A DNA stretch of 64,000 nt from Actinomycetota bacterium. Its GTDB lineage: Bacteria; Actinomycetota; UBA4738; HRBIN12. Numbering within the stretch: the stretch's first letter is position 1; each line of letters begins with the position of its first letter. The stretch covers positions 7,495-71,494 of the forward strand of contig DATKDI010000081.1 in assembly GCA_035512775.1 (NCBI GenBank). Reading direction: 5' to 3'. Positions 11,201 through 19,425 of this stretch are shown here, in pieces. The notes under the pieces were generated by a model that worked only from the letters and a program-made list of their open reading frames with translations, did not search any database and had not been told where the DNA came from. Made by a program: the position numbers and the translations under genes.

Positions 11201-11313
11201 GGACCGGCGACGAGGACCCCCACCGAGAAGGCCAGCGTGACCACGACGGCCAAGCCCAGCAGCCGCTGAGCGACGAAGCGCTTCAACAGGAACCGAAGGG
11301 TTGCCATACGCAT
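8281..11313 (-). CDS. Large FtsX-like ABC permease
   Basis: 1010 aa, two FtsX-type TM blocks (AFELAVLHSRG; RRDYEFAALRAMGA) separated by large extracytoplasmic domains; directly upstream of two ATPases. Confidence 0.88.
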   Translation of the reverse strand: MRMATLRFLLKRFVAQRLLGLAVVVTLAFSVGVLVAGPIYADAAREAILSSELAGAPPTVRHARLQVFGDQSFDWDAADEVITTRTESLPLDRIVRQGLGTVRLGTPAGPSVPILARETIEEHLEIRGDPPGDDGIILHAAMARLLRVRPGDRLDVIGPSGKRLALVVAGTYLTAERDDPFWFGSQNPLPDPDSTQPQPAVVGLETLVRVTRELELTTQFTWDAYLALTGVPFERASEVPDQLQQIFTSLQTEAGLSTVDLISGLGTLLDIVRQRIADLAVPILLVVFQIGAVTLAVLAGVGALALTRQAFELAVLHSRGFRRGVLLAAQAIQAVFAAIVAFPLGLLLGMGLAALASTANGPDLPGVTFPIRLNTTGQLLGLVAAVVGGVILLGLSVPYVSRTVLEERRAASREDRPLLARVPVELFVLPLGLFAFLQLRTGTRPEAGSGEIDPLILVAPTLLLFGGSFLALRLLLLVFRALDSRIGRSRRLPRYLAGRRIGRSPGTGFAAALLLLLSMGLLVVSTSYRAIVLRNHEDAAHAQVGADWRVNVTPPADVLAVIREMPAMTTPVVRTEPRLESGPFQLPPVTLGIDPASYATAGWWREDFSETPLPEILRRLQAPAFGMELPAESSALTFEMDSSRRVRDLKITATAVDEAGVVHSAPPQPIEPGFASYEVPIEGAVRLLSITIHRTSLDAPDEATFEFPSIAADGGPLSLSEWEPLTWRGSAGSIEPAGPGVRFEMDSGASDVIGGIVPPSDPLPVLVSPGISSSGGPVFPATLGGQEIELDPVASAIQFPSMLPNQPFIVTSSTALLERAAVVPEPGLVLNEVWAEGEQSPVPALRQKGFFPGDVAGTAPIEGFLAQLPQSLALGMNFVAAAGGAGLVVVGVAAALYFAQRRRDYEFAALRAMGAASGQIVRTLALEQLLLLGFAVAAGLGLGYLLLRLMMPYVGPSLSVAYPPPVFLMDWVSLGVALAAIVAATTIALALSARALLRASVTGVLRGEAE

Positions 11314-11486
11314 CTCAGGGCCCGGCGAGGGCCCCGTCGACCGATGATACGGACCTGCGCTTCCTTGCCGATGGCCGGGAGTGTCGGAACCTTGCCCCCG
11401 GGTGAGTGCTTGCTAGGCTGCGAGTGACCGCCGGACCCGTCGAGGAACCCCAGAGAGACCCTAGAAGAAACCTCGAGGAGACGCAG

Positions 11487-12644
11487 ATGGATAGGCCCGA
11501 GATCATCCTGGCGCCCGGCCCCACGCCCATCCCGCCCGAGGTGCTCCTCGCACAGGGCAGTCCTCTCGTCTATCACCGAGGGCCCGGCTTCGGACGGCTG
11601 ATGCGCGACGTGACGGCGCGACTGAAGGAGCTGTACCGAACGGAGGGAGCCGACGTCCTGCTGATGACGTCCTCCGGCACCGGCGGGCTCGAGTCCGCCG
11701 TCCAGAACGTCTTCTCTCCCGGAGACGAGGTCCTCATCCCGCTCGCAGGCTTCTTCTCCGAGCGGTGGCGCTCCCTCGCGACCGCCATGGGCCTTGTGGT
11801 TCGCACGGTGGACCACGAGTGGGGAGAGAAGGTCGACACGTCGCGGGTCGCGGACGCGCTCGCGGAGCGTCCCGTGAAGGCCGTGCTGCTCACCCACTCG
11901 GAGACCTCGACCGGCGTGATCCAGCCGGTGCAGGAGCTCGCCCGCGTCGCCAACGACGCCGGTGTGATGGTGGTCGCGGACGTCGTGAGCAGCCTCGGCG
12001 CCGTTCCGTTCGAGTTCGATGCCTGGGGGATCGATGTCGCCGTCGGCGGCTCGCAGAAGGCGCTCTCGGCGAGCCCGGGTATCGCGTTCGTCGCGATCAG
12101 CCGGCGGGCGTGGGATGCCCACGCCGCCGCGACGATGCCGCGGTTCTACTTCGACTGGTCGATCTACCGCCGATTCGCCGAGCTGCCCGACCCGGAGAAC
12201 CCGTGGACGCCGGCGATCAGCGTGATGCAGGGACTCCACGCGGCACTCGAGCTGTACTTCCAGGACGGGGTCGACACGGCCCATCGCCGCCATGAGCTCC
12301 TGTCGCGCGCGGTGAAAGAAGGCGTGAAGGCGCTCGGCCTCGATCTGTTCGGCGAAGGGCTCGATCACAACTGGACCGTCACCGCGATCCGCGCCCCGGA
12401 GGGGATCGACGCCGACACGATCAGCGACCGTATCCGATCGGACTTCGGCTGTGTGCTCGCGCCCGGCCAGGGCCCGTTGAAGGGGAAGGTCTTCCGGATC
12501 GGACACTTCGGGTACTTCAGCGAGCTCGACATCATCCGCGGCCTCGCCGCCCTGGAGATGACCCTCGAACGGCTCGGCCATCCCGTGAAGCGGGGAGCGG
12601 CCGTGGCTTCGGCCGAGGGTGTGTTCCAGGACGCGGCCACGTAA
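11487..12644 (+). CDS. Class V PLP aminotransferase (serine-pyruvate/phosphoserine aminotransferase-like)
   Basis: PGPTPIP, HSETSTG, DVVSSLG, GSQKAL (PLP lysine), FRIGHFG. SD GAGGAG before ATG 11487; abuts serA. Confidence 0.92.
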   Translation: MDRPEIILAPGPTPIPPEVLLAQGSPLVYHRGPGFGRLMRDVTARLKELYRTEGADVLLMTSSGTGGLESAVQNVFSPGDEVLIPLAGFFSERWRSLATAMGLVVRTVDHEWGEKVDTSRVADALAERPVKAVLLTHSETSTGVIQPVQELARVANDAGVMVVADVVSSLGAVPFEFDAWGIDVAVGGSQKALSASPGIAFVAISRRAWDAHAAATMPRFYFDWSIYRRFAELPDPENPWTPAISVMQGLHAALELYFQDGVDTAHRRHELLSRAVKEGVKALGLDLFGEGLDHNWTVTAIRAPEGIDADTISDRIRSDFGCVLAPGQGPLKGKVFRIGHFGYFSELDIIRGLAALEMTLERLGHPVKRGAAVASAEGVFQDAAT

Positions 12645-14231
12645 GTGCGGGTCCTCGTTACCGAGAAGCTCTCGGAGGCCGGTCTCGAGCTGTTGCGCGA
12701 GCGGTTCCGGGTCGACGTGCGCGAGGATCTCGCGCACGGCGACCTCGCCGCAGAGATCGCTCCGTACGACGCTCTCGTGGTCCGGAGCGCGACACGAGTG
12801 ACGGGCGAGGTCCTCGAGGCGGCGCCGCGTCTGAAGGTCGTCGCCCGCGCCGGCATCGGCGTCGACAACGTCGACGTCGAGGCTGCGACCCGCCGGGGGG
12901 TCATGGTGGTGAACGCGCCGCAGTCCAACACGATCAGCGCGGCGGAGCACACGATGGCGCTCCTGCTCGCCCAGGCGCGCAACATCCCGCAGGCGAACAG
13001 CGAGCTGCACGCCGGACGGTGGGACCGTGAGCGATGGGAGGGCGTCGAGCTCTCCGGCAAGACCATCGGACTGATCGGGCTCGGCCGCGTCGGCACGCTC
13101 GTCGCGTCGCGCGCGCAGGGCTTCGGCATGCGCGTGATCGCGTTCGACCCGTACGTGTCCTCGGAGCGAGCGAAGGAGTTGGGCGTGGATGTGATGCCCA
13201 CGCTCGAATCACTCCTCGTGCAATCCGACTTCGTGTCGATCCACCTGCCGGGCTCCCCGGACACCCAGGGACTGATCGGAGCGCACCAGCTCGCGATGGT
13301 GAAGCACGGTGCGCGCCTCGTGAACACCTCGCGCGGGGGCATCGTGGACGAGGACGCGTTGGCGAAGGCGCTCGAGGACGGACGCCTCGCCGGCGCGGCG
13401 CTCGACGTCTTCGCCGTGGAACCCTCCACCGCCTCCCCGCTCTTCGGGTTGGACCAGGTGGTGGTCACACCGCATCTCGGCGCATCGACGGTCGAGGCGC
13501 AGGACAAGGCGGGGACGACCGTCGCGGAGATGGTGCGGCTCGCCCTGGAAGGACAGTTCGTCCCGTACGCCGTGAACGTGTCCGCAGGCGCAGAGGTGAG
13601 CGAGGCGGTTCGCCCGTTCGTCGGCCTGGCCGAACGTCTCGGGGCGCTCGTCGTGGGCCTGGCGGACGGCGGTGTCCGCTCGATCGTCGCGTCCTACCTG
13701 GGCAGGATCGCGGAGCACGACACCCGCGTGCTCACGCTCGCGATCCTGAAGGGCATCCTCGGCCGGTCCGTGCACGAGCCGGTGTCGTTCGTGAACGCGC
13801 CGACGCTCGCCCGCGAACGGGGCCTCACCGTGAGCGAGATGCGCTCGACGGGCTCCCAGGACTACGTGAGCCAGGTGTCCATCCGCGCGGAGACCGAGTC
13901 GGAGTCCGACGTCGAGGTCGCGGGAACGTTGCTCGGGAAGAAGAACGCGGAGCGAGTGATCCAGGTCTGGGACTTCGAGGTGGAGATCGAGCCCGCGCCG
14001 CACATGCTCTTCTTCATCTACGTCGATCGTCCGGGGATCATCGGGAAGGTCGGCACGATCCTCGGCGAGCACGAGATCAACATCGCGACGATGGAGGTCG
14101 GAAGGAAGGGTGCGGGCGGTGACGCCCTCATGGGTCTCACGGTTGACTCGCCCGTCCCGCCGGACGTTTTGGGCACGGTCGCCGACGCGATCGACGCCCA
14201 CATGATCCGCGCCGTCACGCTCGGCACGTGA
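12645..14231 (+). CDS. serA: D-3-phosphoglycerate dehydrogenase with C-terminal ASB/ACT domains
   Basis: RAGIGVDNVD, GLGRVG, NTSRGGIVDE, TPHLGAST, DRPGIIGKVG ACT motif. Confidence 0.97.
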   Translation: MRVLVTEKLSEAGLELLRERFRVDVREDLAHGDLAAEIAPYDALVVRSATRVTGEVLEAAPRLKVVARAGIGVDNVDVEAATRRGVMVVNAPQSNTISAAEHTMALLLAQARNIPQANSELHAGRWDRERWEGVELSGKTIGLIGLGRVGTLVASRAQGFGMRVIAFDPYVSSERAKELGVDVMPTLESLLVQSDFVSIHLPGSPDTQGLIGAHQLAMVKHGARLVNTSRGGIVDEDALAKALEDGRLAGAALDVFAVEPSTASPLFGLDQVVVTPHLGASTVEAQDKAGTTVAEMVRLALEGQFVPYAVNVSAGAEVSEAVRPFVGLAERLGALVVGLADGGVRSIVASYLGRIAEHDTRVLTLAILKGILGRSVHEPVSFVNAPTLARERGLTVSEMRSTGSQDYVSQVSIRAETESESDVEVAGTLLGKKNAERVIQVWDFEVEIEPAPHMLFFIYVDRPGIIGKVGTILGEHEINIATMEVGRKGAGGDALMGLTVDSPVPPDVLGTVADAIDAHMIRAVTLGT

Positions 14232-14265
14232 CCCAAGGTTCTTCCGTGCCCTCGATCCCTCGTGC

Positions 14266-14271
14266 TACCCT
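14266..14271 (+). promoter_or_regulatory. Probable -10 hexamer (TACCCT, preceded by TG) for the MFS leader transcript
   Basis: TANNNT, 8 nt before the uORF ATG at 14280. Confidence 0.5.
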
Positions 14272-14279
14272 GGGCGACC

Positions 14280-14324
14280 ATGAAGCGGTACACGACGAAA
14301 CGACCAGTGCACGGGGCCCTCTGA
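14280..14324 (+). CDS. Putative leader peptide MKRYTTKRPVHGAL (uORF)
   Basis: Read directly from sequence (absent from ORF track). Sits inside a nested hairpin 14293-14361 upstream of the MFS pair. Confidence 0.55.
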   Translation: MKRYTTKRPVHGAL

Positions 14325-14401
14325 CGCGTCCCACGCGTCGCGCCCCGTAGTTCTTTCGTCGACCCTCCGCACCGTCCGAAGTGCCGCAAGGAGACCGCTC
14401 C

Positions 14402-15682
14402 ATGACCCGCTCACCGAAGTCCAACGTCCGTCGTCTCGCCATCGGACGACTCATCTCCGTCACCGGAAGCGCCGCCGCGTACACGGCGCTCAACTACACG
14501 GTGTGGGAGCGCACCCACTCGCCGGTGATGCAGGCGCTGTCGCTCCTGCTCACCTTCGGCGTCGCCGGCCTGATCGGTCCCCTCACGGGGGCGCTCGGAG
14601 ATCGATACAACCGCAGAACCGTGATGATCTGGTCGGAGGCGATCTCGGCGGCCTTCTTCGCGGCGATGGTCTTCGCGAAGGACCCCGGCGTTCTGATCGC
14701 CCTGGCGTTCGGATCGGCGATTGCGGAGCTTCCGTTCTTCGCGGCCTCGCGCGCCGCCATCCCGAACCTCGTCGAGTCCGAGGACGACCTCTCGTGGGCC
14801 AACAGCATGGTCTCGATGGGCGCGCACGCCGGCATCGCGGTCGGCCCGGTCATCGGCGGCGGCCTCGTCGCGATCCTCGCGCCGGGTGAGATGCCGTCCG
14901 CGGACCGGCTGCACCTGGCCGGCGCCGTCGTCTTCGGTCTGAACACGATCTCGTTCCTGATCTCGCTCGCCGTCACCTTGACGGTTCGCGGCCGGTTCGA
15001 GCAGGAGCGTTCGAGCGAACCCAACCCGGAGCACGAAGGCCTCCTCGCCGGCGCGACCTACCTGTTCCGCGAGCCCGTCCTCCGCCGGATGACGTTCGCC
15101 TGGCTGGTGTTCGTCCTCGGGATGGGCATGGGGATGGTGGCCGACGCTCCCCTCGCCGAATCGTTCGGGACCGGCGGCTGGGGATTCGGTCTCTTGATCG
15201 CCTGCTGGGGGACCGGCTCCGTGCTCGGTACGTTGTTCGGACGCTGGATGGACGCCCGCACGGAGCCGCTCTGGATGGTGTTCGGGGCGGCCGGCGTGGC
15301 CATCTCGGCCTTCGGGGTCGGTCTCTTCGGCGTGTTCCCGCTCGTCCTCGTGTCGCTCCTCGTGATGGGGACCTCGGACGGGATCTCGATCGTCGCGGAG
15401 AACGGCATCATGCAGCGCCGCACGCCGGACGCCGTTCGGAGCAGGACGATGGCTGCGCTCGAGGCCGTCTTGTCCCTGGGCCTGGCCGCCGCGTACCTGG
15501 CCGCGGCACCGGTGCTCCGCGTGGTGGAGCCGCAGACCGTCTACGTGATCGCCGGCGTCTTCGCCCTTGGGGCGACCATCGTCCTCCTTCCGCTGGTCCG
15601 CCTCAGAGCCGACCATGGTAGGGCGAGTGGCCCAGATGGGGTACTGCCGGAACCGACTACCGAGGACCACGCGACTGTGTGA
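14402..15682 (+). CDS. MFS drug:H+ antiporter-like transporter (paralog 1)
   Basis: Motif A GALGDRYNRR, MQRRTPDAVRSR; SD AAGGAG before ATG 14402. Confidence 0.92.
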   Translation: MTRSPKSNVRRLAIGRLISVTGSAAAYTALNYTVWERTHSPVMQALSLLLTFGVAGLIGPLTGALGDRYNRRTVMIWSEAISAAFFAAMVFAKDPGVLIALAFGSAIAELPFFAASRAAIPNLVESEDDLSWANSMVSMGAHAGIAVGPVIGGGLVAILAPGEMPSADRLHLAGAVVFGLNTISFLISLAVTLTVRGRFEQERSSEPNPEHEGLLAGATYLFREPVLRRMTFAWLVFVLGMGMGMVADAPLAESFGTGGWGFGLLIACWGTGSVLGTLFGRWMDARTEPLWMVFGAAGVAISAFGVGLFGVFPLVLVSLLVMGTSDGISIVAENGIMQRRTPDAVRSRTMAALEAVLSLGLAAAYLAAAPVLRVVEPQTVYVIAGVFALGATIVLLPLVRLRADHGRASGPDGVLPEPTTEDHATV

Positions 15683-15694
15683 TTCTTGCCCTCG

Positions 15695-16981
15695 ATGGCG
15701 GAGGGCAGTGGGCGCTCAGCGGTACGGCGGGTGGCGGTGGCGCGAGGCATCTCCCTCACCGGGAGCGGAGCCGCGTTCACGGTGCTCGCATACATCGTCT
15801 ACCGGCTGACGGGCGAGTCCGCGATCTGGCTCTCGGTGACCCTGCTCCTCACGATGGGGATGCAGGGGCTGGTGCAGCCGATCGCGAGCTGGCTCGGGGA
15901 TCGGTTCGATCGGCGGCGCGTGCTCGTGATCTCGGACCTGGCCGCCGCGGCAGGGTTCGTCGGCTTGGCGTTCGCCCGGACGCCGGGCCAGCTGGTGGTC
16001 GTCGCGTCGATCACCGCGATCCTCGAGTCGCCGGTCTGGGCAGTGGCGGGCGCCTCGATCCCGAACCTCATCGAGGAGGAACACCTCCCGTGGGCGAACG
16101 GACAGGTGGCGATCGGGCGACACCTCGGCAGCTTCATCGGGCCGTTGCTGGGGACGCAGCTGGTCGTGTTGCTCGCCGGCGACGGAGCGTCGCCCGATCG
16201 CCTACTCGGTGCCGGCGCCTTCGTGTTCGGTCTCAACACCGCATCGTTCCTGTTCTCGGCGTGGCTCATGGGCTCGACGCCGGGCCGGTTCAACGACGAA
16301 CGGTCGGAGAAGCAGGAGCATCCCGGGATCCGGGCCGGCTTCCGCTACGCGATGAGCGACCCGGTGTTGCGGGCGATCCTCATCGGCTGGTCGGTCCTGC
16401 TCCTCGGCGTCGGCCTGATCCTCGTGGCGGAGCTGCCCTACGCGGACGAGTTCGGCAAGGGGGCGTTCGGATTCGGGTTGATCTCCGCGCTCTGGGGAGG
16501 AGGAGCCGCGCTCGGCGCGGTGTTCGCGGCTCGCTGGCTCACGGCCGAGCGAGAACCCCGGACCCTCCTGGTCTCCGTGCTCCTCGGCGGGGTGATCATG
16601 TTCGCGGTCGGGTGGTCGCCCGTGTGGATCGCCGCCCTCGCGCTCATGGTGGCAGAGGGGATCTGCGAGGGCTTCGCGAGCGTGGCGGAGCAGGGGCTGC
16701 TCCAGCGGCGAACCCCCGACGACGTCCGCAGCCGTGTGGCGGGGGCCGTCGAGACCGCGACACTCATCGCCCTCGCGGTCTCGCTGACCGCCGGGGGTCC
16801 GATCGTCGAGGCGCTCGGACCCCGCACCGCCTACTACATCGGCGGCGCGATGACGGTCGCCGCCGCGCTCATCATGGCCGGTGCGCTGCGACACCCGGGC
16901 CCACCACCCCATCAGGCGGACCAAGCGTTCGGATTCGCGCCGGCGGAACACGTGGTGGCCGACCGGACCGCGAACCCCTAG
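15695..16981 (+). CDS. MFS drug:H+ antiporter-like transporter (paralog 2)
   Basis: SWLGDRFDRRR, LQRRTPDDVRSR; colinear similarity to paralog 1. Confidence 0.92.
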   Translation: MAEGSGRSAVRRVAVARGISLTGSGAAFTVLAYIVYRLTGESAIWLSVTLLLTMGMQGLVQPIASWLGDRFDRRRVLVISDLAAAAGFVGLAFARTPGQLVVVASITAILESPVWAVAGASIPNLIEEEHLPWANGQVAIGRHLGSFIGPLLGTQLVVLLAGDGASPDRLLGAGAFVFGLNTASFLFSAWLMGSTPGRFNDERSEKQEHPGIRAGFRYAMSDPVLRAILIGWSVLLLGVGLILVAELPYADEFGKGAFGFGLISALWGGGAALGAVFAARWLTAEREPRTLLVSVLLGGVIMFAVGWSPVWIAALALMVAEGICEGFASVAEQGLLQRRTPDDVRSRVAGAVETATLIALAVSLTAGGPIVEALGPRTAYYIGGAMTVAAALIMAGALRHPGPPPHQADQAFGFAPAEHVVADRTANP

Positions 16982-19302
16982 GACGCGGGCAGCCGGCTCG
17001 TCGGATCGGGGAACAGCACCCGGAACGAGGCGCCGCCACCTTCGCGATCCTCCACCCACGCGCGGCCCCCGTGCGCGTCGGCGAATCGAGCCACCAGGGA
17101 CAGGCCGACGCCGAGGCCCGGCGAGGGCGCCGAGCGCTCACCTCGCTCGAACGGTTCGAAGAGCCGATCTCGCTCGTCCGCGGCGACCCCCGGTCCGTCA
17201 TCCTCGACCCGGAGGACCACGCCGTCGACCACCCGGCGCGCCCCGACCCAGATCGTCGCCGTCGGCGGCGTGTGCTTCACGGCGTTCACTAGCAGGTTCT
17301 CCACGATCCTCACGACCATCGACTCGTCGATCCAGGCATCGATCGGCTCGGCATGCACATGGACCGTGCGTTCGTCGAGCACGTCGGACTCGGCCGCCGT
17401 GCGACCGAGCAGGGCGCCCAGATCCATCAGCTCTCGCCGTGGTTGCACGAGGCCACGGGTGAGGCGATCCATATCGAGGAGGTCGTTGACCATCGCGGTG
17501 AGACGCCTGGCCTTCTTCGCGAGGCTCCGGATCAGCTGCTGACGATCTTCCTCGGCGATCCCGAGCTCATCGGCGCTCTCCAGCGTGATCGCGCTTCCGA
17601 GGATCGCGGACAGCGGCGTCCGCAGGTCGTGGGACACGGCGGTCAGGAACGTGTTCTTCATGTCGTCTGCCTCGCGGAGCCGATCGACGGCACGGCGCTC
17701 CATCTCGAGCGCCTGCGCGAGCTCCTGCTCGGCTCGCTTCTGCTCGCTGATGTCGTACAACACGCCCTGCCAGAACAAGGGGTTCCCCTCGTCGTCCCGG
17801 ATCAGCACGGTCTCGTCGTGGACCCAGACGATCCGTCCGTCCCGAGCGACCATCCGATAGTCCTCACTGAAGCCGCCCTCTTCGTACGAGCGCTTCGCCG
17901 CCTCGATCGCTCGCTCGCGATCCTGCGGGTGCAGGAGCTCGCGCCACAGCGTCGGGTTCGCCTGGCGTTCCTCCGGTGTGTAGCCGAACAGCTCCTCGTA
18001 TTGGGGACTCATATAGAACGGTGCGTCGTCCGACCCCCCTTCGCCCTCGATGTAGACGACGGCGGGGATCCGCTCGGCGAGCGATTTGAACTTGACTGCC
18101 TCCGATCGGAGCTCCGACTCGAGCCGCTTCTGTTCTGAGATGTCCTCGTACAGGCCCTGCACGTACGCGGGCTGCCCCGCCTCGTTCATGACCACGGAAC
18201 CCCGGTCCCGGATCCACACGATGCTGCCGTCCGAGCGGATCATCCGATACTCGAGGGTGAACGGATCGCCTGCGCGGATCGCATCGCGGAGCGCCTGCAC
18301 CGTCTGCTCGCGATCGTCGGGATGGAGGTGAGCGGACCACGCGCTGTCCGTGACGAACGCGTCGGCCGACAAACCGAGGATCGTCTCGACCTGCGGGCTC
18401 ACGTAGATCGAGGTCATCTCCTCGTCGGCCGTGTCCATGTAGGTGACGGCGGGCAACTGCTCCACGAGGCTGCGGTAGCGGCGCTCGAGCTCCTGCAGCC
18501 GGAACTCCGCTTCCTTGCGTTGCGTGATGTCGTAGAAGGAGCCGAGGACGTATTCCGGCTCGCCCCGATCGTTGCGAACGGTGGTCGCGGAGTCGCTCAC
18601 CCAGATCACGCGTCCGTCGTCTCGGACCATCCGATACTCGAGGGTGAACGGCTTGCCCGAGCGAACGCCGTCCACCGTCTCCCGTCGTGCTCGCTCGCGA
18701 TCCTCCGGATGCACCCGCTCCGCCCACTCGTCGCCCGTCGCGCCGGAGGGACGCCCGAGCAGGTCGTTGATCTGAGGGCTGACGAAGAGGTTGGCCAGGC
18801 TCTCGTCCGGCGCATCGATGTAGGTCACGATCGGGAGCCGTTCGATCAACGTCCGGTAGCGCTCTTCCGCTTCGGCGGCGTGCGACTCCGCTTCCTTCTC
18901 GCGGGTGATCTCCACGATGAGCCCGATCCAGTGCGCCGGGCGACCCTCCACCGCCGGAACGTGCACGGTTTCGTCTCGGACCCACACGGTGCGGCCGTCG
19001 GCGGTGACCATGCGGTATTCCTCCATGTAGGGCGAGGACGTGGCATCCGCGGCCGCTTCGGCCGCCTCCACGCGCTCCCGGTCGTCCGGATGCACGAGGG
19101 TGAACCAGAAGTCACTGGATTCGACGAACCGCTCCGGCGGATAGCCGCTCAGCTCCTCGATCCGGGGGCTCATGTACGCGATCCTCCCCGTCGGGCCCTC
19201 GGCCTCGACATACGCCACGCCCGGCATCGAGCTCAACACATGGTGGAACCCCGCGTCGAAGAGTGGGAGATCGCGCTCGTCGAGCGGTGTCGATCTGCTC
19301 AT
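16978..19302 (-). CDS. Cytoplasmic sensor histidine kinase with four PAS/PAC domains
   Basis: Four repeats of (Y/F)(M/V)SP..E..G....W...HP.DR...EYRM..DG..VW; HisKA SHDLRTPL; HATPase NAVKH, DDGPG, GVGL. No TM segment; start uncertain (19302 or up to 19377). Confidence 0.93.
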   Translation of the reverse strand: MSRSTPLDERDLPLFDAGFHHVLSSMPGVAYVEAEGPTGRIAYMSPRIEELSGYPPERFVESSDFWFTLVHPDDRERVEAAEAAADATSSPYMEEYRMVTADGRTVWVRDETVHVPAVEGRPAHWIGLIVEITREKEAESHAAEAEERYRTLIERLPIVTYIDAPDESLANLFVSPQINDLLGRPSGATGDEWAERVHPEDRERARRETVDGVRSGKPFTLEYRMVRDDGRVIWVSDSATTVRNDRGEPEYVLGSFYDITQRKEAEFRLQELERRYRSLVEQLPAVTYMDTADEEMTSIYVSPQVETILGLSADAFVTDSAWSAHLHPDDREQTVQALRDAIRAGDPFTLEYRMIRSDGSIVWIRDRGSVVMNEAGQPAYVQGLYEDISEQKRLESELRSEAVKFKSLAERIPAVVYIEGEGGSDDAPFYMSPQYEELFGYTPEERQANPTLWRELLHPQDRERAIEAAKRSYEEGGFSEDYRMVARDGRIVWVHDETVLIRDDEGNPLFWQGVLYDISEQKRAEQELAQALEMERRAVDRLREADDMKNTFLTAVSHDLRTPLSAILGSAITLESADELGIAEEDRQQLIRSLAKKARRLTAMVNDLLDMDRLTRGLVQPRRELMDLGALLGRTAAESDVLDERTVHVHAEPIDAWIDESMVVRIVENLLVNAVKHTPPTATIWVGARRVVDGVVLRVEDDGPGVAADERDRLFEPFERGERSAPSPGLGVGLSLVARFADAHGGRAWVEDREGGGASFRVLFPDPTSRLPAS

Positions 19303-19425
19303 AGGGGACTCAGATCCTCCGAGAAGGGGTTCGGTGGAAGCATCGGCGTGTTCGAGCCTCGACGTGAATGTTCTCACCGAGCCCGCGAGGAGCTTGCCAC
19401 GACATGTCTCGCGGGATCGCGGGCA

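Noticed and set aside
11420-11486. Glycine riboswitch upstream of the aminotransferase-serA operon (CAGAGAGACC resemblance)
   Set aside because: The leader is too short and lacks the CCGAAG and CTCAGG core elements.
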